A DNA stretch of 64,000 bases from Marsupella aquatica. Taxonomy: Eukaryota; Plantae; Marchantiophyta. Under the pieces are notes generated by a model. The model was not told where the DNA came from, did no database searches, and worked only from the letters and a program-made list of their open reading frames with translations. The stretch spans positions 1,649,927-1,713,926 of the forward strand of contig OZ316898.1 of the NCBI GenBank assembly GCA_973895155.1. Reading direction: 5' to 3'. The first letter of the stretch is position 1, and the number at the start of each line of letters is the position of its first letter. Both the position numbers and the translations under genes were made by a program. Of the stretch, positions 27,311-41,178 are shown piece by piece.

Positions 27311-28436
27311 AGAAACCAAAAAAAAACAGAGTGACCTTGTTGAATGAGAGCCTCCATTTCAGAGATCGACGGCTCTCGAATTTCTGTGAGCGATCTCATC
27401 GTGAAACACCGAATCGACAAATTAGAGACTGGACTCGAGCAACCTCTCAGCTCTGACGTTGGGTCCTTCTCTAATTCAGTTAAACGATTTTAATGCAATT
27501 TGGCTTGGCCACAACAGCAAAATCAGCATCACCAATGACAGGAAAGCTTTCGAGCCCACTTTTAAGCATTGTCAATTCATTGAAACGATTGTAGAGCAAT
27601 TTGGCTTGGCCACAACTTACAGCGGAATATCAGCATTATTAATGTTTATAATACGAAAGCTTCCGACCAGCCATACATACAAATGAATGGTGTCACAAAT
27701 GGAGGTTTCTTTTTCTGGCTCAAGAACAGCTTTCATGAATGTGATCGAAATAACCACCACTGATATTCAGAAGAAAGCCAGTAGCCCATACACTTTCATT
27801 CCTTGCTCTTATTCGATTCATATTTGTTTACTTCTCTTCCTCTGTTTCCAAGTCTAGGCAGTCTGTCAATCCAGAAACCAAAAAAAAACAGAGTGACCTT
27901 GTTGAATGAGAGCCTCCATTTCAGAGATCGACGGCTCTCGAATTTCTGTGAGCGATCTCATCGTGAAACACCGAATCGACAAATTAGAGACTGGACTCGA
28001 GCAACCTCTCAGCTCTGACGTTGGGTCCTTCTCTAATTCAGTTAAACGATTTTAATGCAATTTGGCTTGGCCACAACAGCAAAATCAGCATCACCAATGA
28101 CAGGAAAGCTTTCGAGCCCACTTTTAAGCATTGTCAATTCATTGAAACGATTGTAGAGCAATTTGGCTTGGCCACAACTTACAGCGGAATATCAGCATTA
28201 TTAATGTTTATAATACGAAAGCTTCCGACCAGCCATACATACAAATGAATGGTGTCACAAATGGAGGTTTCTTTTTCTGGCTCAAGAACAGCTTTCATGA
28301 ATGTGATCGAAATAACCACCACTGATATTCAGAAGAAAGCCAGTAGCCCATACACTTTCATTCCTTGCTCTTATTCGATTCATATTTGTTTACTTCTCTT
28401 CCTCTGTTTCCAAGTCTAGGCAGTCTGTCAATCCAG
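27311..28436. repeat. Tandem duplication, 562-bp unit x2
   Basis: 27311-27872 is repeated at 27873-28434 with no difference that I could see. The ORFs at 27459 and 28021 are identical. Confidence 0.95.
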
Positions 28437-31400
28437 GCGAAGACGATGCCGAAAATCAGGGAGGAGAAACCAACCCAAACACAAACCGTACCGATCTCGG
28501 ACCACAGTCGTAGCACGTACAGTAGTAGGATAGTACGAACAGTGATGCCTCCTCCCAAAATGATCGTCTACTGATGGGTAGACCAGTGCACCTTCTTTCT
28601 GTTTCAAAGCAAGAAAAGTACGAACATTCCAATGGGGACCATGTACTAAGGTCAGACTGAGACTCATAGTCTGTACCGTCCCATACTTCGTCAAGGTCGA
28701 CCTTTCGGACTGGAATCTAGTCAATCTGGGATCGACCTTGGATCTTGCATTTCAAACAACGGGAGAAGGACGAGTCAGGCCAACGGTATATGCGTACAAG
28801 TATCAATATTGGCCGCTGCCTGTGACCATCAGTACGAGGACAGCATGAGGCATCTGCATCTTCGGCCCTCAGCTTCACAACGTCACGAGCTAGTCATCCC
28901 AACCAACAAAACTCCGACGGACTTTTCGAGAATCCTCGATCTGGGGTCAGAAAGTCTTTTGCTTGTATGCATGAAATTCATGAAGAACTGATTTACACTG
29001 GTACGATAACTTTGTGACGAGGAAAGAAACTTCCCTGAAGAGCGATCGACCCACCGGATTGCTTTGCTTTGGTGTTTGTATGAATTAAGATTTTCATTCG
29101 CTGCAGCAATAAGCGAGAATTTGTCCACGAAGGTTTGTCCCTGCCTTGGGTTTCTGAATGGCTTTGTCCACCTCTGGTTTGGGGACTTCTCAATGCATCA
29201 AAGCTTCCACAAGGTAGATTGCATTAACGAAACAACGAATCCAACTTGAGAGCTAACCCTGCCTAGTGACCAGGCTGAAGCAAAATCAATCTTAATTAAT
29301 TGCGCATAAAACATGGCTCAGTTCCTATGGTTGTCTCTAACAATGACCAAGGCCTACGCTCTATTCAGCTTGTTCCTTCTTCTAATATGCTTAGTGCACT
29401 GGAGAGCTAATCGAGAGGTCAGGGCTGGATGGATCGCTGGTTGGAAGGATTAATGAGTCTTGAAGCCTAGTGTCATTTTCTGGGGTTGGGAGTGGGGTGA
29501 GTCGATACTCAACAATGGGACGAGATCAGTAGCGACGGAGGGGAATGCATCTCGAATTCTGCTGCATAGCTGTTACTTTCTTCGGCAGAACTTGATTAAC
29601 TGGAATGACAAACCCTGTGAGAATCACCACCCCTTTTCTCGTGATGTACGTCATAATTCACTCAAAACAGATAGTTGCTTTTAGCCTTGAGAACGGGTTG
29701 CTCGGGCATGGAATTGCGAAGCGTATATCGCTGCATCTGGGAATACTTTAGTTAGAATGCTGCGTCGTCTGCAAGTTCTATGTGCAAGCGGTTTTGGGTT
29801 GTTGCGAATTTGACGAAAATGTATCGAAGTTCCATCTGAACCGTCAATACTTTTAAATTGAAAGGTCCACATCTAAACTCCCGAAACAGTTTGTTTGGCA
29901 CCGGGTTTTTTCTTCCTAACTCTGCAGCGTTGTTTAGTGCCGTTATGTTTTCAAAACGGCAAAGAATTTAAGCCAGTTCCGTAACTTACCCGCTAATATT
30001 TCCTACGTTAAGATCAAGACATTTGAAGCTTAGCTCCCCGTTTTATACCGCTGTAGAGATGTTCCGTCTAAAGTCTGGTCACTTGAGCCAAAAATTTGAA
30101 GAGAAGACTCTCCTGTAGTGTCAAAGCACGTTTTTCTCCATTCATGCGAGCTTCGATTCAGTACGTTTGAAATGCAGCTTTTGATTTTAAGTGTGGATTG
30201 ATGGAGTGGTATTTTCCAGGTTGCGAAATTTCTTAGCTGCTCGTAGAGCCGTTGCGCAAATACTGGGGCTGGTTCTCCATTGTCGAGGAGTCAAGGACAA
30301 ACCCAGAACGCGTTATGGCTCATTGTCGCTCCCATCCATAACAAGGTTGAGGAGGTTGACTGTCACGGGACATCATTCCGCAATCAGTTACATTGTTCTC
30401 TTCGTTTGACGAGCACGAAGTGTTTCGAACGTTGTAGCGTGCGACTCGGCTTTGCTTAATTACAAAACGATTGGTTTATCCACGCTCCTTGTGAAGAACA
30501 ACGTCAGCCGTAGTTTTCTCTCAGGCGTGGCCTCACATCAACAAAATCACACCGACCCATATTCTGGTAGGCCATTGCACGACGTCGAAACTTGTACTGA
30601 AAGTACTCCACTTGCACAACTGGAATCTGGTCCAGGACAGAGTAAGTTAATGCTTGAAGAGGCGTAGTATGGCATCGCTCTGTGCGTCCGTGACTGTTGA
30701 AGTCGTACTAATAATGAGGCCAGTACTCTCTGTCCTAGAGCTCAACTTGAAGAGCTGCTAACTCTCATGGTTCTGACGTTCAAAATAAATGGCGCTCCCA
30801 AACAGCACCGGGAACAACGGTCTTGACTCTTGAATTGAGCAACGAACGCGCTCGTCCACGCTCAGCTCTCCACTTTGCACGAGCGTCCAATTGATTGACT
30901 TTTAATTTTGAACGGAGAGACTGAATGCATGGATTGAAACGGCAATTGAAATCGCCAAACAATGGGCTCTGCATCGACTTGTTTCGGATATATTTCACAA
31001 GCGTCAAAATCATCAATGCTCTTAAGGTTTCAGCTGGGTAGGATTCCTACTGTTGATACGCAGACTTAGCTCTCAGAGTTATTACTGTAGTTAGGAACGA
31101 GTTTTGCTTGTGCCCTAGCGGACCTTTATGGATAGGACTGGTGTTCGTGTCATCTGGTCATCAGCGTTGCCGAAGTCAACCTTAATCATTTTGGCAAAAC
31201 TTATGTAGCCCATGCCTCGATTTCCCACAGACAGAGCAAACCATTGTTACTCGATCAACTCTACAGATTAGCTTGATAAGTCTGGAGGTTCGTTTCCCGG
31301 TTTCGATCTCCGGTGGCTAGCTAGCATTCTCGCGCTAGTTTGGCAAGGTCCAACGATCCGTGGAGAGTTGCTGATTGCCAAAGCTCGAGAGGTTGGTCAG

Positions 31401-31485
31401 GAACAGGAGGTTGAGAGGTCGAGAGTTTCTTTCACTCTTTTGATACCTGGAGGCTAGCAACCCCGCTGGCTTGAAAATAAACGAC

Positions 31486-34451
31486 ATGACGACTCCTGCC
31501 GTGCAATTTTTGTCGACAATTGTTGCTGCCACAGGAGTGTGTGCACTCCTACGCCTCCTACAATTTTTGATACAAAGGTCTAGGGAGGCGGGAAAAGGCA
31601 GACCTATGCAGGACAGGACACATCGACCCCGACATGGACCCAAGAGCTGGCCACTTGTGGGTACAATCGTGGAGCATGTCCGCAACTGGAAACGACTGCA
31701 TGACTGGATCCTAGACTATTTCGAGAAGTATCACACGGTAACAGCGGTCATGCATTGCGGCACGGAATGCTACTACACTGTCGATCCCGAAAACGTGAAG
31801 TACATCTTGAAGACCCACTTCACGAATTTCCCCAAGGTATGCCTGCAGAACTCATCATCCAAGCTAGACTACATCTTCTGATAGCTGTACATCGAGTGTC
31901 TATAATTGTAATCCAGCCCCACTGCATGTGATCTCAGTAGTGTAGTTGGACCCTGATGCTTAGATCGAATATATTGATATCCTGCTAGCCAGTGCCAGTG
32001 CTTTTTTATGATCGACTCTTGGAAATGATTGCTGTGGCAAGCAGGGGCAGTTATTCCATGAACGAATGGAGGTTTTGTTGGGGAATGGGATTTTCAACTC
32101 CGACGGCGAGTGTTGGAAGCAGCAGAGAAAGACGGCGAGCGTTGAGTTCACAATGCGCTCTATGCGAGATTTCTACGCGGGAGCATTCGCAGATTCTGCT
32201 CTTAAGCTCTCTTGTGTCCTCGACGACATCGTCCGGCAGGGGACCTCTGTCGACATGCAGGTAGCTGTATTATGTGCAATGTCCAGGACTCACTTAACTA
32301 GCCAACTAGCTAAGCAGAGCCAGTCGCCACATGATATGATATGATATGATATGATATGATATGATATGATATATCTACATACTCGCAGCGAGTTTATTTA
32401 CCACGAGCGATCCCAAACCGATTGGAAAGGAAACGGTCTGTTGAGAGTAAGATATTCGAGAGAACGTAAAACAGTAGAGTTTTGATGACCTCCACGCACC
32501 AAATCACAATATCCATTGGCTGTTATGCATTGGGGTCTCTCGACTGTCTTGTTTAGAACTCGACATTGTTGATGCCTCTATTCTTTAAGAGAGACACTAC
32601 TCATTGAAGAACTGTATAGTATTGCACGATTACGCACTCGACAATACTAATGCTAGCTCGATTGTTAACAGAGTAAGAATTGGCGTACCTGGCAATGCTT
32701 GAACAGGATTTGTTCATGAGGATGACCTTGGACTCCATCGGGAAGGTCGGATTAGGAGTGGAGATAGGCTCCCTGCCTTGGCACCTGCCGCTTCCGGAAA
32801 ATGCCTTTGCCAAGGCGTTTGACTTCGCCAATGATACGGTCTTTTGGAGATTTATTGATCCCTTTTGGAAACTGAAGCGGTTTCTGAAGGTGGGTTGTGA
32901 GGCTGAGCTCGTACGCTGCATAAAGGTACTCGACTCCTTTACATACGGAGTCATTGCCCAGAGAAAACTCGATCTCTCGAACGCCAGAACTCTGCAACTG
33001 GAAGGTCTTTCTCAGCAGGTAAGCGACTGTTCCCCGAGTTAAGTTTGCGGGCTCCACGATCCATGACATGATGTTTATCTTCATTAGAATTCATGGAAGC
33101 CCTATATCTAGCTTCAAATGGGATACAGGCGGCCTATGGAATTTCCGCTTAAATCATAGTTAACAATGACGGTTCGTTGTTACGCCCGTATAACGTTTTT
33201 GGGAACAATTTTTCCAGCCACTGAAGCTAGACATCATAACGAGGTTCCTTCTTCTCGCCGAAGAAGAGAAGAGCGGCTTCGATTACAAGATGCTACGGGA
33301 CATCGTCCTCAATTTTGTCATCGCTGGGAGGGACACCACAGCGGTTACCCTTTCTTGGTTTCTCTATGCCATCATGGAGAAGCCCGAAATAGCGCAACGG
33401 CTCTACGAAGAACTGAGGGAATTTGAAACGAAGAAGAGAACTCTGAGCCACAGCAAAGATCAACCCATCGATACATGTTCACATCACGTTGATGGAAAAT
33501 TGCGAGACTTCGCGAAACTGCTGTCGTATGGTAACCTCGGAAGTGAGGAATTACCATACCTCCAAGCAGTAATCTCAGAGACATTACGGCTCTTCCCTGC
33601 AGTACCAATGGTTAGAATCGATTTTTTTTTAGCTCCTGTGCTGTTTAATTTCCTCCAAACTTATCTAGTGAGAATTTTCTTCCATATTTGATAAGTTAGA
33701 GCCGACCGGTAGCCAACGAGCTGTACTAAGAGTTGCAGCATGTTTTAGCTATTCCACTGTCAGAATCATTGCAACTTTGACAGCAAGTTTTTCTGATGTA
33801 GGATGCGAAGGGAATAACAGAGGATGACGTGCTTCCTGATGGTACCCCCTTGAAGGCGAATAATATAATCGTTTACTCACCATACGGAATGGGTCGTATG
33901 ACCTCTATCTGGGGGCCTGATGCGAGGGAATTTAAGCCGGAAAGATGGCTTCAAAGTGGCAAGTTCCTGCCGGAGTCAGAGTTCAAATTCACAGCTTTTC
34001 AGGTAATTCAGGACAAGATGCAATGGAATGTCTGCATATGCCCGTGCATATGGTTGTACGTGATTGTTCTCCAGCCTTTTCCGAGCTTGATCTACTCTCT
34101 CGATGTGAGTCTGAGTAAATGAAGGTATAAATTCTACCAAACATTGTTCCCGTCCTAGATGGCCAGCTCGTGACATCAAGTTCACTGGATCGTCCCTTGC
34201 AGGCGGGTCTGCGAACGTGCTTGGGGAAGGAGTCTGCGTATACGCAGATGAAAATAACTGCAGCCATTCTCTGCAGATTCTATGAGTTCCAGCTCGTGAA
34301 AGGTCACCATGTGACGTATAGAACGATGACTATCTTGTCCATGGCTAACGGCCTCAATCTCAATGTCAAGAGACGTGAAGAGGCGAGTCCTCACGACGAG
34401 AGTGGACAACGTGAACAGAACTCGATCCTCAGTGAATCACTTGGAGTCTAA
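31486..34451 (+). CDS. Cytochrome P450, CYP704B-like (putative long-chain fatty-acid omega-hydroxylase), copy 2, ~573 aa
   Basis: Exons 31486-31836, 32045-32260, 32707-33018, 33218-33610, 33802-34002 and 34203-34451 are in frame, with the same intron positions as copy 1. Motifs MRMTLDSIGKVGLGVEIG, LRDIVLNFVIAGRDTT, ETLR, PERW, FQAGLRTCLG and YRTMTILSMANGL closely recall CYP704B1. Confidence 0.92.
32331..32372. repeat. (ATGAT)8 microsatellite in P450 intron 2
   Basis: Read directly from the sequence. Confidence 0.95.
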
Positions 34452-35843
34452 GCATGGGGTCCCAAGCCAGATTTACACAATTTCACTCACACAAATGCCA
34501 CGTCCATTGATAGACCTCTGGGGTGTATGACTTGAAACTGAATCTACATGGATGTATCAATCTGGGTGCACTCTAATGATGTAAATATATCAATAGCCGG
34601 TAGAACTTGTAGAATATTTAAAGCCCAGGAGATTAATCCCTTGCAATCGTCCTCGAGCGTTGGAATCAAAGATCTTTGTAGAAGACGTCGATGGATGGAA
34701 TCACAGATATCATACTTTTATCATGTCTCTTCAAGTCAGCATTACTCCGACCTCATTCCGGGTTGTATGGGGCTCACATTCCTCAATTGAGTAAACACAA
34801 TTCGCGGATATCGACTGTAGTAGACACTCATAACACTTGTTTCCAAATTTCAAGCTATTTCCAATTATTTTCGAGCACTTCTCCAGTTGGGGATCTGTAT
34901 GTAAGAACTCTTTCCATACGACTATAAGGTTTGCTGATACTGCGTACTTGTACATTCTGCTGATGTTTGGAATTGAAATGAGTTTAGTACTCGCTAGCCA
35001 GCGTTAAATCTATCGTACTGTGGCTCCGCATGTTGTCCAAAGAAGTCACTTCGGGAGTCAGCTAAGTACGGCGTCAAGTGGCTCCTTCGAACTCACACGC
35101 AGATATAGATGAAGTACGGTTGTTATATGAATTTGTGACATTCATGCAGAGGGCATGTCTCCTGCTGACTGAAACTAGTGGCATCACACTTTGATAAAGA
35201 CGCAGGATAAAAGCAACTTACAGTTGACACGCAGAAGGAACAACATTCACCGCACCTACCAGCTGTGCGACGCATTAGTGGTGCTTAGGGTCACTAACCT
35301 CAACAGGGATCGAGGAGTTCCTTGCACGCTGCGAAATTTGGTTGCAACAGCATGGTATGTACGGGGTTTCAGTGCCACTGGATTGTAGCAAGTGCAATTC
35401 ATCTCATTTAGGAACATAATGCTCAATCGACTTTCGGTGCCACTGGATGTGGCAAGTGTAATTCATCTCGGGAATAAAATGCTCAATAGGGTTCCTGATG
35501 GGTGACTCTGTCGTCAGTTGAGAAGGCCACTAATGCCTTAGCACGCAGTCTGTATCTAATCGATGAGTCGACCTGTTAGTCCTGTACGGTAAGCATGAAT
35601 TGATCGGACCCCAAGGATCAGAGGTACGGTACAGTTGTGAAATGGTACGTATTTAACGTCAGTGAGTGCAAGTCTGATTACGATGTCCGTCTTTCGCATG
35701 ATTTACAACTCTCGGAGTTTCCCGCACTTACTCTGGGCATTATTCGGGGCATTATTTAGCGAGGTCTTTGTCTCGGCGAAAGTTTTAATGGAGTAGTCTG
35801 GGTCTACCGTCAGCGGAGTCGTTATTACTGTTCGGGTCTCAAA

Positions 35844-37707
35844 TACTAAACTATAATACAAGGTTGAGTCACTTTTTAGAGTGGTCGTCATTCAAATTTG
35901 CAGGGCATAAAAATTTAAAAAATGTGATCAAAAGTAAGTAATAAAATCAAAGTGTGAATTGAGTTTAGTGTGACACAAAAAGTTACACCATTGTCCAAGA
36001 CAAGCCAAATAATCACACGAGACACCCCAAAAAAGTGAAAGATTTTAATTAATGGACGAGAATCAACTCACGAGGATCAAGGAGTATACTCCCTCCAGGT
36101 CTCCATGGTCCGTATTGTACATATTTAGAGTATTCTACATATTCCATATTATGTGTAACATAGTTTTGTATAATAGTGTTAAGAGGAGTTTAATTGCTAA
36201 TAACATTTTAGTCACTTGATCAATAAAAAATTGTTTCTCCCAATATTTGTGGTGATTTTTAGAGTCATTTGCACTATCATTTTCAATGCCGAAAAACAAA
36301 AGTAATAAGGCCCAAAGACATAGTGAAACTCATGACACGGGCGTTGATGGCAAGGTCTCGGGCGAGGGGCACACTGGCAATGTAGGGCAGCCCCTCGAAG
36401 GGCTCTAGTTGCGCACGGGTGGGGAGGGAGGGGGCGGCGAGCGAGTGGAATGATGGTGAAAAGGGGAGGTTAAGGTTAAAAGGAACATAAGAGGAAAAAG
36501 GTTAAAAAGGGGGAAAAACACCTCTCATTTTGTTATACTTTTGTGGTTGTCATAGCCAGTGGTTTGTGCAATGACATCTTTTATTCAAAGAATTTTTTTG
36601 TGCAAGGAGAAAAAGGAAAAAGGGAACTTTTGTGGGTGCCGTAGCCAGTATTTTGCACAATGATATCTTTCACTCAACAAAAAGTTTTGTGCAATTTTTT
36701 ATTAAACGATATCTTTTGCACCATGAGCTATTTCTCAACAACATCTTTAATTAAACAACATCTTTTATGCAACGCACGGGGATTGAAAAGATAGCAATAG
36801 AATGGTCATCTTTGCTAAACCTAAAACCTTAAACCTGAAACCGATAATATAACATTGCGCCAATGTATAGAGTGGTCGCCATTCAAATACAAGGGCATTT
36901 TGGGTAAAAAACAAACAAAGAAAAAAACTTGCTCCTTCTCTCATTGACTTTTTACTTCATAACATCTTTCACATAATAACAACTTGGATGAAACGACACC
37001 TTTTTTTTCTTTATAACATCTTTTACTTCACAGTATCTTTGGCAAAATGACACATTTTTCTTATCAACATCTTTCACATAATGGCATCTTTGGCAAAATG
37101 AATTCTTTGGCAAAATGACTTGAAGGACATCTTTTGTGCAATGCACGGGTATTTTCTCTCAATGATGTCTTGGTCGACACGACATCTTTTCCCTCAATGT
37201 CTTTGCCGACATCTTGGCCGACATGACATCTTTTTTCTCAACGACTTCTTGGCCAAGATGACATATTTTTTCTCAGCGACCTCTTGGCTGACATGACATA
37301 TTTTTTTCTCAATGACTTATTTTCTCTCAACGACCTCTTGGCCATCTTTTTTTCTCAACGACTTCTTTTCTCTCAACGACCTCTTGGCCGACACAACATC
37401 TTTTCTCTCCACGGCCTCTTGGCCGACACTACATCTTTTCTCTCCACGACCTCTTGGCCGACACTACATCTTTTCTCTCCACGACCTCTTGGCCAACACA
37501 ACATCTTTTCTCTCCACACCTCTTGGCCAACATTACATCTTTTCTCTCCACAACCTCTTGGCCAACACAACATCTTTTCTCTCCACGACTCTTGGCCGAC
37601 ACGACATCTTTTCTCTCAATGACCTCTTGGCCGACACGACATCTTTTTTCTCAACGACATCTTGGCCGACATGACTTCTTTTGTGCAACTCACGGGTATT
37701 GAGCTAG
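35844..37707 (+). mobile_element. Non-autonomous Helitron-like element (5' end approximate)
   Basis: The 3' end GTGCAACTCACGGGTATTGAG-CTAG|T resembles the plant Helitron hairpin plus CTAG terminus. The same GCA(A/T)GCACGGG-like motif recurs at ~36770 and ~37140. AT-rich 5' TACTAAACTATAATA; internal duplication AGAGTGGTCG(T/C)CATTCAAAT at 35878 and 36869. Confidence 0.65.
37155..37680. repeat. Minisatellite, ~36-bp unit CTCTTGGCCGACACAACATCTTTTCTCTCCACGAC
   Basis: More than 12 degenerate tandem copies within the Helitron-like element. Confidence 0.9.
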
Positions 37708-39963
37708 TCAGTAAGAAAACGATGTTGTACTGGGTTATGAATTTGCGTTTTACAAGAGTCAAGCCTAAGTAATGATTTCCCAAACCACTGGCCACGAGTA
37801 ATACTGTCGGAATACATCATCTACGTAAGAGTATACGTACGAATATATACAAATGTTAAACTATACAAGTTCTTATTATTTGTAACAACCGTCAGGGAAG
37901 TAACTATGCCATATGGTCGAGATTAAGCAAAGAATTTATGATTTACCCTAGCTATCGTACCTATCACGCACTAGGTCCTGAGCTAGTGAGAGTCAATGAG
38001 AATCATTGTAGCGTCTGGAGCAATACAGTGGAGCAAAATTGTTAAGGAGATTCTTGGTTTGGTTCTGGCTGTTAACATTGCTGCTACAGAAAGCATCATA
38101 TGCCCCTTCACATCCCACGCAAGCTATTAATGACGAAGATGGGAACAGGTAAAAGAAGTCGAAGTAGTTAAACGTTTAACGTTATCTACCCCTCCAAGAC
38201 TCGTTCTCGAATAATATTATTGCAGTGAACTGATAGAGCAGTATTAGGAAGAGCTGACATGCTCTCCGATCTTTACATTAAATCGAAATTACAGTAGAAA
38301 GATTCATCTCAACAGCGAGCTCGCGACGCAATGTGAGAGTTGAACATGTCGACAACCGGGCTGTCATTTTCCAGTCCAGGACGAGTACGACATTAGGAGG
38401 ACCGCCCCTGTAGGTTGAGGATGGCATTACGAGAAGTCGGGGCCGTTGCATTTTGATTCGCTCTGACATTTTGGGCAGTAAACTGAATGGAAACGGCCTT
38501 GCAAGAACTGGGATCTATTCAAGTAGCGTAGATTCCTATCTTACATGGCAAGCAGTGGCCAAGGAAAGGTCCTTTCGTCTAGAATTTTAAACCGCCGGAG
38601 AGGTGGTCCAAACATTTCCAAACTGGGAAGGGATGAAGTTGATTTAAAAGGTGCTTGGTCAGGAGTCTATCTTTCGAACACGATGCTTGGTCAGGAGTCT
38701 ATCTTTCGAACAAGATGCTTGGTCTGGAGTCTATCTTGAGAATAATAAGTGACCGCTCAAGATTATTGTTCTAGATTCTCTCTCTAGAATAAGCAGTGAC
38801 CTCTACTGTTGTAAAGTACGGGAGAATTGACCAAATCGGAACTGATGCATCTGGACTTCATTTGTAGATTTATGACTGTATGAAGCGGCCTCCCCACCAT
38901 AACTCAGTTTTCTACTAGCTGCGATCTCCAAAAAATGCTCAACCTTGTCGACAGAGTTTCGCCCTGGGCTCGGACTGCCATAGCTAGGCTGTGGACCGTA
39001 CCATACCTCATACCTGTCTGGGTATAGGTCCTATGGGTCTATCCAAATCATGTGGGTGCGTGTGAACGCTAGTCGGCTCGGTGTGTCGAGTTATAGGTAT
39101 AATGGTCTGCTTGCTCAGACGGATTACAGTAAAGAGCCGGCCAATGTGGCAGACATTGTGCTCTGGTCAACTTGAAGTCTCCCGTAGATTGACCACGACC
39201 TCCACAGACCTAGCAGCTCTTCGAGCTTCGCGCCTTTGAACGGCACCCAACCCCGAAACCTCCGATAACTTGACGCGTGCTCGTATCTTGAAGCGTCGAT
39301 TGGTAACCTTGTCGGAAACGAACGTGGGGCAATTGATTCGTTGTATGACTTCTAGAAGAACTCCTGTTCAGAATCTCTCGTTTGTACTTCAGCCCTACCA
39401 CTAGCGGAGGAAGATATTAGCTAGAATTGGGAAAATCATCTTGTAAGGTCCATGCATGAAATGCATAAAGTCGTCAATGGCGTCGAAGTAACTAAGGAGA
39501 CGAATACAAGGCGTGATCTAACTTCAAACCGGGTTCAGACAAGTTAATTTAGGACTTAAGTAGTATGTATAAGTGGGTGAGAGAGATGGCCCACCCGCAA
39601 GAATGTGCCATTTCTGAGTAAGATATCTTGCAGACCACGTCTTGCCGCCTTGATAATTACATGATTGTCCTCACTTTGGAGACAATTTGAACACGCTTGT
39701 GGCCAATGAACTTGAATCGAGTCTCTCCATCGAGCTGGGCAACGACCGTAGCTAGGTCCCAGGACACTGGGTCGACAGGACTCTCATTCTGCAAGTTAAA
39801 GGGATGCGATTGTTGGAGAGACTCTAGATACAATTTGGAACTTGCATGCCGTCTGCTCAATCCAGACAGTACACAATCAAGCTTCCTTAGTATACTGTTG
39901 AGATCAACTTCTACTCTTCGAGCTCGTCCTTGTGGAAGAGCACACGTCGATCCGAACTCAGAA

Positions 39964-41178
39964 ATGTATTCGCCTCGGGATGTTGAAAATCAGATCCACC
40001 GTTTGTGGAAAATTCCGGATGCTGAGGACGTCCATAGCTTAGCCCAGCAGGACCCTGGGCTGTTTCCTCCTGCAAAAGGAGACTGTAGGTCTTGGAATGA
40101 TCTCGGCAACGATGCCCTCACAGAGATATTCATCCGGCTACCCTTTGAAGATAGATTGAGAACATTGCCTTTTGTTTGTAAAGGGTGGAGGGCCACAACG
40201 TTAGATCCCGCTTGTTGGCGGAATATTGACATGGAAGGGTGGTTCAAGAAACGTGTGGAGGCAGACTATTGGTGGGAGTCTGACTGCGAGGCCATGATTG
40301 AACGTCTTGTGAAGAAAGCGGTGGATTGGAGCTGCGGCCAACTTGAAGAACTCCGCACAAGACATTGCACTGATGCAACCCTTGACTACATCGCTGACAG
40401 GTATGGTGATGTCCTTGTTGGATCGAAGTTGTCTCGAAGTTGTAAGTCATATAACTTATCTCTAATTTCTAACTCTAAGGAACAGACCTGGAACACAGGA
40501 ATTTTGATGGATTCATTCTATTTGCCACTGCTGGAACCCAATCAAGTTTCGATCGAGAAAGCAAAACATAAGTGGCACTAGCTGTGAATTGCGGTTGCAC
40601 GTACTTAGCACTTGAATTGATAGTTTCTTCGTATACTATTTTCTCTCTCCAGGTGCCCTTCGTTATCCGTTCTATCAATCTCGAAAAGTCTCTTTGTCAC
40701 CGATAGATCCGTGGCAAAATTGGCGTCCAGCTGTCCCCAACTCAAAGTACTCGATGTGAGTGACTGCTACAACATCTCCAACCAGGCGCTGGAAGCTGTG
40801 GGCCTCAATTGCAAGGCTCTAGCCTGGCTCAGTCGCAACATGGTAGATAAAAGCTTTGCCCAACCAAATCTTGATCTTGCTCATCGAGTGGGCCCCAATG
40901 TCCCAGGCGGGGATGAGGAGGCCATCGCCGTCTCCACGCACATGGTGAACCTCAAACACCTGGAAATGATGAAAACGAGCGTCTCAAACAAAGGACTAGC
41001 CCACCTGGCCAGAGGCTGTGGACAGCTGGAGAGCTTGAACCTGGCCTGCTGCAAATACTTGTCGCCAGAGGCGATTAAAACAGTGTCCGAGAAGTGCCCC
41101 AACATTGTTGAGTTCACCAAGCCCATTGCTCCACAAATGCACGTCCACTCTTACCGGCTGCGTGTCCTCTTCGGTTAG
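39964..41178 (+). CDS. F-box/LRR protein (FBW2/SKIP19-like), ~320 aa
   Basis: Exons 39964-40400 and 40653-41178 are in frame. F-box WNDLGNDALTEIFIRLPFEDRLRTLPFVCKGW...DPACW, then KAVDWSCG, Cys-containing LRRs (CPQLKVLDVSDCYNIS) and GDEEAIAVSTHMVNLKHLEM. Confidence 0.88.

Noticed and set aside
28555-28573. 14-bp match (ATGATCGTCTACTG) to the reverse complement of the eIF1A 5' leader
   Set aside because: Matches this short are expected by chance in 64 kb, and there is no flanking similarity.
37284-37702. Repetitive ORFs
   Set aside because: Products of the 36-bp minisatellite.
38278-39401. Possible F-box-type pseudogene remnants
   Set aside because: No recognisable domain, only vague compositional resemblance.
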